Source of the DNA: an uncultured Desulfobacterales bacterium
GTDB taxonomy: Bacteria; Desulfobacterota; Desulfobacteria; Desulfobacterales; JAUVVS01
Reading direction: 5' to 3'
Length of the DNA stretch: 63,011 nt
Assembly (NCBI GenBank): GCA_964561845.1
Contig: CAZLRK010000002.1
Span: 1-63,011, forward strand
The notes under the pieces are model-generated. The model ran no database searches. It worked only from the letters and a program-made list of their open reading frames with translations, and was not told the DNA's origin. Position 1 is the first letter of the stretch; each line of letters opens with the position of its first letter. Below are positions 36,444 to 45,929 of the stretch, piece after piece. Both the position numbers and the translations under genes were made by a program.

Positions 36444-38012
36444 TTATTCTTTGTACATGTAGTACCAGAAAGGTACCCGGGGATAATTCGGGTTTAACAC
36501 TAATCCCTTCAGTTCTTTGCGCTTGAAAACGGGACGCAGAACATCAAACAGAAAAATAGATGGTGCATCTTCAACCAACATCTTTTGGGCTTTGGAATAA
36601 AGCGCCCTTGCGATCGCACCGTCTGGGGTTGAGTAGGCGGCAAGTATCGTTTTATCAAACTCCGGGTTTTTATAGTAGGCGAAGTTCCAGTAGGGTTTCT
36701 TCTCAACATGCCATAGGCTATAAAGGGTTTCGTATGGATCACTGAAGCTCGGCCACCACAACAAGGCCGCCATATGATGGGCCTTTTCCGGTCCGCCCTT
36801 CATCATGTCCCATTGCGCCGTCCATATCATTGGTCGGATCTCCACATCGATGCCTATTTTTGCAAGGCCCTCTTTGAGTAGGGGGGCGAAGGTTTTTTCC
36901 GTCGCATTTTCGGATGCATACGTAAAGAGAATTTTTTCCTTTATGCCATTGGGATAACCGGCTTCCGCCATGAGTTTTTTAGCTTTTTTTAAATTATATG
37001 TGTACTGCAACAGAGATTCATCATGACCGAATTGTCCAAACGGGATCGGGCCCACCGCCTGTCTCCCGAGTCCACCCCGGGCAACCTCGATCATGCTTTC
37101 GTATGGTACGGCATAGGAAACCGCCTGTCTGATATTTTTATTGTCGAATGGAAATTTTTGGGTGTTTAAATGAATTGCATAGTTCATGAAGCTCGGACCC
37201 ACAGGCCGCTCACAACATTCTTTTTCATCAAACGTTTTCATGGATTCTATGGGTATTCGATTACCCAGATCTGCAACACCGGACTCGATCATCTGTTCCT
37301 GGATCGCGCTTTCTTTCACAATTTTAACAACAATTGTTTCTATAAAAGGTTCCTTCCAGCCTCTCCAATAGTCATCAAATTTTTTAAATACAATCTCTTC
37401 ATCGGGCTTATAGCTTTCAAGAACATAGGGACCACACCCGGCTTCCTTTCCCTCCTCAAACCATTTTCGATCATTTTTGACCGCTTTGGGGCTGATGATC
37501 CAAGCCGCATTGGCTGAAGCAATAATGCGATCAAACGGTGCCGGATGCTTCAAGACGAACTGAACCGTGTAATCATTGAGCACGTTGATCTGCTTGAGCG
37601 GCCCAAAAATGAAGGCGGCGCCTTTGCCTAGCTTTACGGTTCGGTCGATGGAATCCTTAACTGCTTGTGCGGTGAGCATGCCGCCATCATGAAACTTTAC
37701 ACCCTTTCTGAGGTAAAAGGTCCACTTTAAGCCATCGTCGCTAGCCTCCCACCTTTCGGCCAGGCCCGGTTCAAAGGGTTTAGCGCTGTCCGGCGGCGTC
37801 ACCCAAATCAGAGGTTCATAAACGTTGGGCATGTAAACAGATTCCGTCGAATAGCTGGCACTGGGGTCCCAAGTGGTGATGCTGTCCGTAGACGCAAATA
37901 CCAGAATATCCTTGGGCAACTTCGCCGCAAGGCCTGCAGACGCTGCAAATGTCGTCAAGACAAAAGCTGCCAAAAAAATGAAAATCGCTTGGGGTAAGCA
38001 TATTTTTCGCAT
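36444..38012 (-). CDS. ABC transporter substrate-binding protein, family 5 (DppA/OppA-like)
   Basis: 522-aa ORF with signal peptide and SBP_bac_5-like sequence. Confidence 0.85.
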   Translation of the reverse strand: MRKICLPQAIFIFLAAFVLTTFAASAGLAAKLPKDILVFASTDSITTWDPSASYSTESVYMPNVYEPLIWVTPPDSAKPFEPGLAERWEASDDGLKWTFYLRKGVKFHDGGMLTAQAVKDSIDRTVKLGKGAAFIFGPLKQINVLNDYTVQFVLKHPAPFDRIIASANAAWIISPKAVKNDRKWFEEGKEAGCGPYVLESYKPDEEIVFKKFDDYWRGWKEPFIETIVVKIVKESAIQEQMIESGVADLGNRIPIESMKTFDEKECCERPVGPSFMNYAIHLNTQKFPFDNKNIRQAVSYAVPYESMIEVARGGLGRQAVGPIPFGQFGHDESLLQYTYNLKKAKKLMAEAGYPNGIKEKILFTYASENATEKTFAPLLKEGLAKIGIDVEIRPMIWTAQWDMMKGGPEKAHHMAALLWWPSFSDPYETLYSLWHVEKKPYWNFAYYKNPEFDKTILAAYSTPDGAIARALYSKAQKMLVEDAPSIFLFDVLRPVFKRKELKGLVLNPNYPRVPFWYYMYKE

Positions 38013-38135
38013 TGTATTTCTCCTTTCTGATTAATTTTGGATGGTTATAAAAAATGGGCATCCGAATGGCAACCCTTGGTACCATTTGAAAAAACATCTA
38101 TATCTGTATCGAATCACCTCCTTTAGCTTCGCAAA

Positions 38136-39434
38136 TCATACGGTTTTCGCCTTGGAACACCAATCGAGCGTCGTAAGCGCAATCACTGTCGTAACCAACG
38201 GTAACGTATCTAAATCGACGTACTCATCTGTACCGTGTTCGTTGTCTCCGTCTGGTCCAAAAGTGATCGCCGGAAAACCGAAATAGGCGGAAAACCGCGT
38301 ATCCAGGCCGGCCGGAGAGCCGAATAGTTCCACCTTTTGTTGGCACACCGATTCAACGTTGCGCATTACAGTTTTGATAAAAACATTTTCCGGGTCTTGA
38401 TACCAGGGGTCTGTTTGCCAACCGAACCATTCCACAACCGGTGGGTGGTCTTGCAACCAAGAATCGTTCTGTGCCGTCACATGGATTACGTCTTCAACAA
38501 TCTGTTTCACCTTGGTCATGTTCTCACCGGGAATAAATGATATGCGGACTTCCATTTCTGCAAATCCGGCTACGGTTGAGGGCCAATCACCGGCTTTGAA
38601 GGTACCTATGTTTAGGTGACAGGAACGACCGTCGACCTTTTCATACAATGGGAATTTCAACTCAACCGCACGCTGCGCATCCAGTACCTCAAGCGCTTGA
38701 TAGATTTTCAGCATTTTACCGATGGCGTTTACGCCCACATGGGCCCGCCCGGCATGAGCCGTTTTACCCATCAGCTTAACCCGAAAGTAGAGAATCCCGC
38801 TATGGCTGATCACCGGCACCATATAAGGCTCGGAAATCAGCATGGCATCGGCCGTGTATCCGTCCATCAGACAGGCCAGCGTGCCGCCACCGCCGCCGGC
38901 TTCCTCTTCTATGACACTTTGTAAAATAACGGTTCCTTCCGGCCTATGACCAACAGATAGCAAAGCCTTCAAAGCATAAAGATTGGCGACCAGGCCTGAT
39001 TTCATATCCAGTGCACCACGACCAAAAAGATAATGGTCTTCAATATAACCTTCCCAGGGATCATGACGCCATTGTTCAACAGGCTCGGGCGAAACGACAT
39101 CTATGTGACCATTTAAAATAAGCGATTTCTTTTCAGAATCACCTTTGAGAATCCCGATAACATTTGGGCGCCCCTCAAACGTCAAACCGCTCTCTACATA
39201 GGCGGGATGCTTGGCAACTCGTTTTTTATCGGCTTCAAACGTGTGTACCGCCAGATCTAAGCTTTCGTATTGACGCCTTATGAAATCTTGCGCCGGCCCC
39301 TCGTCGCCAACCACACTGGGTATACGAATAAGCTCGATGAGGGTATCGATCATTTCGTTGTGTAAGTTATCGACCGTTTCCTGGATCTCAGATCTCAATT
39401 TCGAATTCATTGCCGTCTCATGACCCTTAGACAA
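38136..39434 (-). CDS. M20 family metallopeptidase / ArgE-DapE-type deacylase
   Basis: 432-aa ORF. LNGHIDVV, RGALDMKSG and EEE.GG motifs. Confidence 0.85.
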   Translation of the reverse strand: MSKGHETAMNSKLRSEIQETVDNLHNEMIDTLIELIRIPSVVGDEGPAQDFIRRQYESLDLAVHTFEADKKRVAKHPAYVESGLTFEGRPNVIGILKGDSEKKSLILNGHIDVVSPEPVEQWRHDPWEGYIEDHYLFGRGALDMKSGLVANLYALKALLSVGHRPEGTVILQSVIEEEAGGGGGTLACLMDGYTADAMLISEPYMVPVISHSGILYFRVKLMGKTAHAGRAHVGVNAIGKMLKIYQALEVLDAQRAVELKFPLYEKVDGRSCHLNIGTFKAGDWPSTVAGFAEMEVRISFIPGENMTKVKQIVEDVIHVTAQNDSWLQDHPPVVEWFGWQTDPWYQDPENVFIKTVMRNVESVCQQKVELFGSPAGLDTRFSAYFGFPAITFGPDGDNEHGTDEYVDLDTLPLVTTVIALTTLDWCSKAKTV

Positions 39435-39452
39435 GTTGTCTCTATTTTTGAC

Positions 39453-39791
39453 TCATATCTCGATATCTGGCAATTGCATTGACTGGCGACCATAAATATA
39501 AAAAACGATACCCCGCGGCAGGTTTTTTTTTAAGATTTCCCGGGTGATGTGATCCTTTTGTTCTTGTACCAATCTGACGATCAACATCATCCTGCCCCTG
39601 GATTTGTCTCGAAAAATTTCATGCGTTTCGATTGCTTCCTTAAAGGGGGAGAGGAAGGTCAGGATCGCTTCGAATTCAGCGTCCATATTGTTCTCGACCG
39701 TCTTCTCTAAAATTAAATAACTGTAAGCCGGATCAAGCTGTTGCTTGATTTCAGCAAAACTGGAAAAATTTTCAGAATTGCCCATGCCCAC
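39453..39791 (-). CDS. Hypothetical protein (112 aa), first gene downstream of the sigma-54 promoter
   Basis: ORF only; no family recognised. Confidence 0.45.
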   Translation of the reverse strand: MGMGNSENFSSFAEIKQQLDPAYSYLILEKTVENNMDAEFEAILTFLSPFKEAIETHEIFRDKSRGRMMLIVRLVQEQKDHITREILKKNLPRGIVFYIYGRQSMQLPDIEI

Positions 39792-39887
39792 TTAAACCTT
39801 TCCTCCGCAGCTGGATCCGTTTATGAATCTGGAGATAAGTTATAGCTTTTGAATAAATGGTGAAACACGTGAATCATATACGTAGAA

Positions 39888-39902
39888 GCAAAATGCGGGC
39901 CA
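39888..39902 (-). promoter_or_regulatory. Sigma-54 (-24/-12) promoter candidate
   Basis: Minus strand reads TGGCCCgcattTTGCt, with correct GG-N10-GC spacing, about 97 nt upstream of the 39791 start. The EBP gene is immediately upstream. Confidence 0.65.
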
Positions 39903-39977
39903 ACGGGGGATAGGAAAAATATTTCTTTTTATTTCAATAGATTATCATGACAGCGGCTGTGGTAAATATTTTAGTGC

Positions 39978-40118
39978 GATGCAATATTGCATCATTATTT
40001 TATTTAACTTATTGGAAGTATTTAAAAAATCAAATGATCTGATATTGCATCAGATCGGCGTTTTTCAATTATATACGAAATCAACAAGTTATACTTGTAT
40101 CCGATGCATACATGCATC
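39978..40118. promoter_or_regulatory. Three palindromic upstream activator sites of type GATGCA-N4-TGCATC
   Basis: GATGCAATATTGCATC (39978-39993), gatctgatattgcatcagatc (40036-40056) and GATGCATACATGCATC (40103-40118), 75-215 nt upstream of the -24/-12 element. Confidence 0.6.
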
Positions 40119-40123
40119 AATAA

Positions 40124-41860
40124 TTACGTTAAGCCGTATTTGTGCAGTTTGCGCACCACCGTGGATTGGTTAATGTTTAAATATCTGGCCATTTCGCGGG
40201 TCGATTTGTGGCGCTCTGCAGCCTGTTTTAGAAGCTCTCTTTCAAATGCGGATAGTTTCTCGGGCAGGCTAATGCTATTTCTGTTTTCGTCGACCCATGT
40301 TTTCAGGGATTGTGTCGTTGCGCTGAGTTTACGTGTGAGTGCTTGGTCCAGCAAGTCAGTTTCGCTTGTCACAACCGCCATTTTTAGGGCGTTTTTCAAT
40401 TCGCGCACATTTCCAGGAAAAGTGTAACCTTGCAGTTTATCCATTGTACGGGCGGAAATTCGCCTCCGCATGTTGTATCTACGGTTGTATTTAGATAAAT
40501 AATAGTTAACCAGCTCAAAAACATCGTCCGGCCGCCGTCGAAGGGGGGGAATCTGAATCGTAAATGTGTTAAGACGATAAAATAAATCCTGCCGGAATTT
40601 CCGCCTTTTCACATGCGCCTCCAAATCACGATTGGTAGCGGCAATGATGATACAATCCACTTTGTGAGATTTGACACCGCCAAGACGCAAAATTTCATGA
40701 TCATCCAGGTATTTGAGAAGCTTTGCCTGAAGAACAAGGGGTAGGTCCCCAATTTCATCCAACAGAAGCGTTCCTTCATGTGCCAGTTCAAAGAGCCCTA
40801 TTTTGCCTTGTTCGCGCGCACCCGTAAATGCACCCCTTTCGTATCCAAAGAGTTCGGCCTCCAAAAGGCTTTCAGGTAGGGCAGCACAATTAATCTGAAT
40901 GAATGGTTTCCGGTTGCGTTGACTATTTTTATGGATAAATTTGGCAAGAAGCCCTTTGCCAGTTCCCGATTCGCCTAGAATGAGGATATTGGTGGCTTCC
41001 ATTTTAGCCAATTTCAATGCAAACTTCAGAACTTGCCGCATGGCTTTGCTTTCAGCCATGATTTCCTGCTCTTTCAAATTCAAAAGACTCAGTTCCGCCA
41101 GTTCGTCTTTGAATTTTTCGGTCGCCATACGCTCCTGCTCCAGTTCTTCTCTGACCTGGTTCAATTGGGTCATGTCACGCGCATTAACCACGATAAAATC
41201 TATGTTTCCGTCATCATCAAAAACCGGTGTTCCCGTAATCAAACCGGTCGATCTTTCATCCCAGTCCAATACAATGCTGACTTGCCGTTTAGCTTTGAGA
41301 ACTTCAGGAACAATCGACCGTTCGAGAATTCCCATTTCAACGACTTCGGCATAGCTTTTGCCAATCATATCTTTGGCTTTTATATTGTTGGCTATTTCAG
41401 CAGCCTTATTGATGCTGATAACCCTTCCTTCGCCGTCATAAAACCAAATAATGTCTGAAGAATATTGAAAAATAGAATTGAGTTGTCTATTCAAACGTTT
41501 ATAGGATGCCAACTTTCTGGCGGAATCCTCGAACTGCTGCATTTTCTGAAAATTACTCACCGTTCCACTTATCTTACCGCTTTGTAAAATGGCGGTGACA
41601 TTAACCACGAGTTTGACGTTTTTCCCGTGAATATGATGGCCGAGTTGAGGTCGACCTGTTTTCAGACATTTGATGACGAGCTGGCCGGTTAACGGCAAAA
41701 TATCAAGAATGTATACACCTGTAACTTTTCCTGGGTTCAGGCTCAATATCTTTGCCGCATAGGGATTGATTGAGGCGATGCATCCCTGATCGTCGGTTGC
41801 AATGACCCCGTTACTCGTCGAATTAAATATAGCTTCATATGTAATTCGTTTGTTTTGCAT
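40124..41860 (-). CDS. Sigma-54-dependent transcriptional activator with PAS sensor domains (NtrC/Fis family EBP)
   Basis: PAS regions, AAA+ core (GESGTGKG, GAFTGA, ELFGYERGAFTGA context) and C-terminal Fis-type HTH. The track ORF begins at 41947 inside repeat R2, so I prefer the Met at 41860 (MQNKRITYEAIF). Confidence 0.85.
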   Translation of the reverse strand: MQNKRITYEAIFNSTSNGVIATDDQGCIASINPYAAKILSLNPGKVTGVYILDILPLTGQLVIKCLKTGRPQLGHHIHGKNVKLVVNVTAILQSGKISGTVSNFQKMQQFEDSARKLASYKRLNRQLNSIFQYSSDIIWFYDGEGRVISINKAAEIANNIKAKDMIGKSYAEVVEMGILERSIVPEVLKAKRQVSIVLDWDERSTGLITGTPVFDDDGNIDFIVVNARDMTQLNQVREELEQERMATEKFKDELAELSLLNLKEQEIMAESKAMRQVLKFALKLAKMEATNILILGESGTGKGLLAKFIHKNSQRNRKPFIQINCAALPESLLEAELFGYERGAFTGAREQGKIGLFELAHEGTLLLDEIGDLPLVLQAKLLKYLDDHEILRLGGVKSHKVDCIIIAATNRDLEAHVKRRKFRQDLFYRLNTFTIQIPPLRRRPDDVFELVNYYLSKYNRRYNMRRRISARTMDKLQGYTFPGNVRELKNALKMAVVTSETDLLDQALTRKLSATTQSLKTWVDENRNSISLPEKLSAFERELLKQAAERHKSTREMARYLNINQSTVVRKLHKYGLT

Positions 41861-41934
41861 TTCTCTTGACCCTTGCTCCGTTCCTGGCTCATCGTTTCGC
41901 ATTCGAGCAGCCATTTTCCGACAATTGCCACATG

Positions 41935-42395
41935 AAAGATAAGACATTGCTTTTTCAGTGCGAATAAAGCGAAAATGATGAATTGTGTATAGGCTTCAGC
42001 TTCAGCACAACATATTGAAGCACCCATTTGCACAAACAATAACCTTCTGTATAACCAAAACGGGCTTTATTGTCAATATCGATTATTTGCGTTGGAATTG
42101 AGATTTTATGCAAATTCGAGTACTTCTTGGCGGATTAACCATCCCGATAAACTACATCGGGACAAGCATCTATACACTGAGTATTTCGAGGGTTAAAATT
42201 TGAGCCTGTTGACAAATCCCGCTCATCGGGGACACAGAAATTGGGCAAAAGGGGATATTTTTCAAAGGTCTCAAATAGTTATTAAACTATAAGGAGAAGT
42301 ACGCCCGGAAATTAGCTGTTTTTCTACCTTATTGATTTAATTCGTTTAATGGAATTGTGAACTTTATGCTTGACAGAGGTAACATGGGATGTCCC
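41935..42395 (+). repeat. R-family mosaic repeat, copy R2 (modules A-B-C3-D 3-prime half)
   Basis: Module A aligns with 61205-61310 and module B with 61311-61390. The 3-prime end ctataaggagaagtacgcccgg..cttattgatttaa..tgcttgacagaggtaacatgggatgtccc matches the R consensus. Confidence 0.9.
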
Positions 42396-42507
42396 CAATA
42401 GCTTTACCCATATATCAAAGATCATCTACACTAGGCTTCTTAACCAATTGATAGAGAACGCCTTAGCAGAGTCGTTCTCTATCCTTGAAGGTTATGCCAG
42501 TTACTAT

Positions 42508-42798
42508 TTATCTGGCGTCTTTTAAAAAACCGCTGGCATATTTGTGAAGTACACTTCCAATTAATGTTTGATAAGGAATGCCTTCCCTTGCAGCTCTTCT
42601 TTGTATAGCGGAAAGGTCATTTTCCGAAATTCTTATGTTGATCTTACGGTTCTTTTTCATAGTATTACGGGCTATTGTTTGGTAATCAGGCTGCGATTTT
42701 GAAGGTTTTAGCTTTCCGTTTTCATATGCCTCTAAGATTTCTTTTTCATATTCATCAAGGATTATTTTTTTTTGCTTTTTAACCATTTTCTCCTCCAA
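42508..42798 (-). CDS. BrnA-like / CopG-type antitoxin
   Basis: 96-aa ORF. EKEILEAYENGKLKP..INIRISENDLSAIQRRAAREGIPYQTLIGSVLHKYASG is typical of BrnA-family antitoxins. Overlaps the toxin gene. Confidence 0.75.
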   Translation of the reverse strand: MEEKMVKKQKKIILDEYEKEILEAYENGKLKPSKSQPDYQTIARNTMKKNRKINIRISENDLSAIQRRAAREGIPYQTLIGSVLHKYASGFLKDAR

Positions 42799-43108
42799 GG
42801 TATTTCTTGGTTGCCTTCCTACTAGGAATAATCGTTTTAAAAAAATACTCGTTTTTATCTATAACACATGGAACTAAATATGCATATCCATCCACATCAA
42901 TTATTAGTATTTTTTGATTCGGATACCGCTTCTTATTGGGATGATCTGTTTCAATAATTGTAGCTCCTGATGCAACTCTTTGTACTATTTCTTCGAATGT
43001 AATTCCTCTTTCCTCGGCTAGAACTTCATTTTTTTCGGTATTCCATTTAAAGATTTTCATAACTATACGATATGGCATTATAGAGACAATGTCAATAATT
43101 TGTTTCAA
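42779..43108 (-). CDS. BrnT-like toxin (DUF497-type)
   Basis: FKWNTEKNEVLAEERGITFEEI.. is a BrnT-like N-terminus. The likely true start is Met at 43060 (MKIFKWN). Confidence 0.65.
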   Translation of the reverse strand: MKQIIDIVSIMPYRIVMKIFKWNTEKNEVLAEERGITFEEIVQRVASGATIIETDHPNKKRYPNQKILIIDVDGYAYLVPCVIDKNEYFFKTIIPSRKATKKYLGGENG

Positions 43109-43140
43109 TTTTTATGGCATAATGATTTAATCAACTACAC

Positions 43141-43242
43141 GGCGATATAGGGAGATTCGCCGAAAGCTTTTCAAAAAAACTATAAGGGAAAGTGCGCCCG
43201 GAATTTAACCGTTTTTATATCTTATTGATTTAACTCTGTTTT
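43141..43242 (+). repeat. R-family repeat, copy R3 (module D fragment, 3-prime truncated)
   Basis: gcgatatagggagattcgccgaaagcttttcaaaaaaactataagggaaagtgcgcccggaatttaaccgtttttatatcttattgatttaactctgtttt. The complete version is at 50737-50882. Confidence 0.9.
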
Positions 43243-43324
43243 GGGCCAGCTCGTATCCAATGCTGTTTCCAATAATGCCGGCACCAATAACAATGGCATC
43301 ATATTTTTTTTCAGTCACTTTCAT
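43243..43324 (-). pseudogene. 27-codon N-terminal stump of a FAD-dependent oxidoreductase (DadA/SoxB-type dinucleotide fold)
   Basis: Minus strand has AAGGAAA Shine-Dalgarno, then ATG MKVTEKKYDAIVIGAGIIGNSIGYELA, ending exactly at the duplication border 43242/43243. Confidence 0.7.
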
Positions 43325-43412
43325 TTTCCTTACTTAATTCCTACTTTTTTGCAATTTTTGGGTATATTCAATTAAAAAAATGCTCATGCCTGATGTGGAA
43401 AATTTCAACTTG

Positions 43413-44276
43413 TTATTTTTTCATTATTTCGAGAAACTTAGCTTCTTCGCCATCAACCATATGATAACAATACTTGTCCTCGTCGGGAAAGGAGACCTCT
43501 TTAACTTCCTTGACATACTCTTTCATGGCATCTGTTATGATTTCGGCCACATTGCAGTATTTTTTCACAAATTTAGGTGTAAAGGCCTGGAACTGGCCGA
43601 TAAGGTCGCTGACAATCAGAAGCTGACCATCACAGTGCGGACCTGCACCAATACTTAACACCGGGATATCAAGTGTTTCCCAGATATATTTGGTAACCTC
43701 TGGAGGCACGCCTTCCACCAGCAGCATTTTTGCCCCGGCCGCCTGGACAGCCAACGCATCCTCAACAACCAGCTTGGCAGCTTCAGCAGTACGTCCCTGG
43801 GCTTTGTGGCCGCCTAACTGACCAGAGGATTGTGGTGTCAATCCAATGTGACCCACCACAACCACACCTGCCTCATCAATGGCCTTGATCCGGCTCGCAA
43901 TACGCACTCCGCCTTCCAGTTTGATAGCATCAACGTCAGCCTCTTTCAGGAATCGAATAGCGTTTGCTACAGCATCCTCGTCAGAAGTCTGGTAACTGCC
44001 TAAAGGCATATCTCCAACCACAAAAGCACTCCTGGCACCCCGCCGAACTGCCTCAGAATGCACAATGCACTGATCCATGGTCACTGGTATGGTGCTGTTA
44101 TAGCCGTAAACACACATTCCAAGAGAATCTCCTACAAGAAGCATCTCCAAGCCTGCTGCCTCGGCAAACTGGGCAGTAGGGTAATCATAGGAGGTTAACC
44201 AAGATATCTTTTCTCCATTCTCTTTCATCTTGTAAAGATCAAACAAACTTTTCTTTTTAGACATTTTTTTCTCCAT
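43413..44276 (-). CDS. panB: 3-methyl-2-oxobutanoate hydroxymethyltransferase (ketopantoate hydroxymethyltransferase)
   Basis: 287-aa ORF. LTSYDYPTAQFAEAAG..LLVGDSLGM..VVGDMPLGSYQ..AIKLEGG are hallmark PanB motifs. Confidence 0.88.
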   Translation of the reverse strand: MEKKMSKKKSLFDLYKMKENGEKISWLTSYDYPTAQFAEAAGLEMLLVGDSLGMCVYGYNSTIPVTMDQCIVHSEAVRRGARSAFVVGDMPLGSYQTSDEDAVANAIRFLKEADVDAIKLEGGVRIASRIKAIDEAGVVVVGHIGLTPQSSGQLGGHKAQGRTAEAAKLVVEDALAVQAAGAKMLLVEGVPPEVTKYIWETLDIPVLSIGAGPHCDGQLLIVSDLIGQFQAFTPKFVKKYCNVAEIITDAMKEYVKEVKEVSFPDEDKYCYHMVDGEEAKFLEIMKK

Positions 44277-44318
44277 TCATTTTAATAATATTTATATTTT
44301 TCTGTTTAAATCCTACAA

Positions 44319-45632
44319 TTAATTATGCAGTAATTGTGCATATTCAGTCTTAAATTTTTCCCACCCTTCAAAATCACTGACTGCATTGGCGATCCTTTCT
44401 ACACCTTCTTTGAGTGTATTCAGATCAGATGCCAGGGAGAGTCTTATATAATGTTCATCTTCACATTCCAGGGAACCGAAACTGGCCCTGTCAACTGTGG
44501 CTACACCATGATGATAAATGGCAAATAATTGAAACATGCTTGACGGTTGCACAGGATTAAGCCCTTTTTCTTTGAGTTCTTTGTAATGATCTATAATACC
44601 AAGTTCCTGACAAGCACCACCGATATTCGGGAAGGCATAAAAGGCACCGCCAGGCTTCATACACTGAATACCCGGAATATCATTGAGTGCTTTAATTACA
44701 ACATTTCTCCGATTTTCAAATTCAGCCGTCCGCTGACCTACAATCGCATCGTTCTCTTTATCATCAAGGGCCTGCTGTGCAGCTGCCTGTATAAAAGGGG
44801 GTACGCAGGAATACGTATTAATGTTCCACTGTTTGAAAAGTCTTGCCTCTTCAACACTGGGAAGAACAGCATATCCTATGCGCCATCCTGTCATTGCGAA
44901 AGTCTTGGAATGACTATTGAGAAGAATCGTATGTGAGGTCACCAAGGGATTGGAAAGAATACTGATATGATCACGTCCTTCAAAAACAATCTTTTCGTAA
45001 ACTTCATCTGATAAAATTCTGAACTGCGGATGGGCATTTTCTTTTGCAAGTTTGGCAATCAAGTCAAGGTCTTCCCTGGTAAACATGCCACCGGTTGGGT
45101 TGGAAGGAGAATTAAGAATAATCAATTTAGTTTTTTTTGATATTAACGGTTTCAAATCCTCCACGTCAAACCTGAAGCCTTTTTCTTCTTTTAATGTCAT
45201 GGGGCGGGGAATTGCTTTGACATATTTTATCCAGGATTCATAAATAGGGAACCCCGGGTTGGGATAAATTACCTCATCTTCTTTATCCACATAGGTAAGC
45301 AGGCTGTAACTGATGGGTGGTTTGCCGCCGCAGGTGACAACCACCTGATCAGGATGGATACTGACATTGTGGGTCTTCTCAATTGTTCCTGCAATTGACT
45401 TGCGCAAAGACAAAAGGCCTTGGGGGTCACAATAATTGGCATTCCCGGTTTCAATATTTTTAATGGCTGCGGCATTAATATTTGATGCGCTGTTAAAATC
45501 AGGTTCTCCAAGATTCAATCGGATGACAGATTTCCCCTGATCTTCAGCGCGACGGATATCATCACCAACCTTAAAGGCTGTCTCACTTCCTAAGTTTTCC
45601 ATTCGCCTGGCAATAAGTTTCGTGTTAAACAT
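44319..45632 (-). CDS. Pyridoxal-phosphate-dependent aminotransferase, class I/II
   Basis: 437-aa ORF. NLGEPDF, NPSNPTG and SHSKTFAMTGWRIGY (PLP Lys) motifs. Confidence 0.85.
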   Translation of the reverse strand: MFNTKLIARRMENLGSETAFKVGDDIRRAEDQGKSVIRLNLGEPDFNSASNINAAAIKNIETGNANYCDPQGLLSLRKSIAGTIEKTHNVSIHPDQVVVTCGGKPPISYSLLTYVDKEDEVIYPNPGFPIYESWIKYVKAIPRPMTLKEEKGFRFDVEDLKPLISKKTKLIILNSPSNPTGGMFTREDLDLIAKLAKENAHPQFRILSDEVYEKIVFEGRDHISILSNPLVTSHTILLNSHSKTFAMTGWRIGYAVLPSVEEARLFKQWNINTYSCVPPFIQAAAQQALDDKENDAIVGQRTAEFENRRNVVIKALNDIPGIQCMKPGGAFYAFPNIGGACQELGIIDHYKELKEKGLNPVQPSSMFQLFAIYHHGVATVDRASFGSLECEDEHYIRLSLASDLNTLKEGVERIANAVSDFEGWEKFKTEYAQLLHN

Positions 45633-45717
45633 CGTTGTGTTCCTAATCCTTTAAATTTTTTATTACGCGGTGTTAAAGTTATATCATATCCTGATCTTAC
45701 CTAATATTTGATATAGT

Positions 45718-45732
45718 TCAAGATGTATGCCA
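45718..45732 (-). promoter_or_regulatory. Weak sigma-54 promoter candidate upstream of the aminotransferase-panB operon
   Basis: Minus strand reads TGGCATacatcTTGAa. The -24 element is good, but the -12 element is TTGA instead of TTGC. About 86 nt upstream of the 45632 start; the EBP gene is adjacent. Confidence 0.35.
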
Positions 45733-45882
45733 TAGGGGAATATTGCATAACTGCTTGATTTTTTTAAAACTATTTGTTTTGCGAAAAAATGAGATTTATG
45801 TTTCTTCTGGGGTGATTTCTCCCCAAGCTTAACCGACCAATTGATGGTATCGTACTTAGGGCCTGATCAATCAACGGATAAG

Positions 45883-45906
45883 AAAAAATGGGGAGAGAAT
45901 ACCCCA
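45883..45906 (-). terminator. Intrinsic terminator after the second EBP gene
   Basis: Minus strand reads TGGGGtattctctCCCCA followed by TTTTTT, 24 nt after the stop at 45930. Confidence 0.6.
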
Positions 45907-45929
45907 TTATGGGGAGAGGTTGCTATGCT

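Larger units (their letters stand above)
41935..43242 (+). repeat. 1,308-bp segmental duplication, copy 1 (R2 + BrnTA-like pair + truncated R3)
   Basis: Offset 7,596 bp to 49531-50838. Identical at every stretch I compared, and both encoded proteins are identical in the ORF track. Divergence starts at 43243 / 50839. Confidence 0.92.

Noticed and set aside
41743-42039. The 98-aa track ORF overlapping the EBP gene start
   Set aside because: It is the module-A small frame reading out of the repeat across the duplication border into the EBP 5-prime region in another frame. It is not a conserved protein.
43081-43110. TTGACA...TATAAT just upstream of the BrnT-like gene as a sigma-70 promoter
   Set aside because: The two hexamers are only 7 nt apart. 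The alternative TTGAAA -35 gives a 20-nt spacer. The spacing is too poor to call without mapping data.
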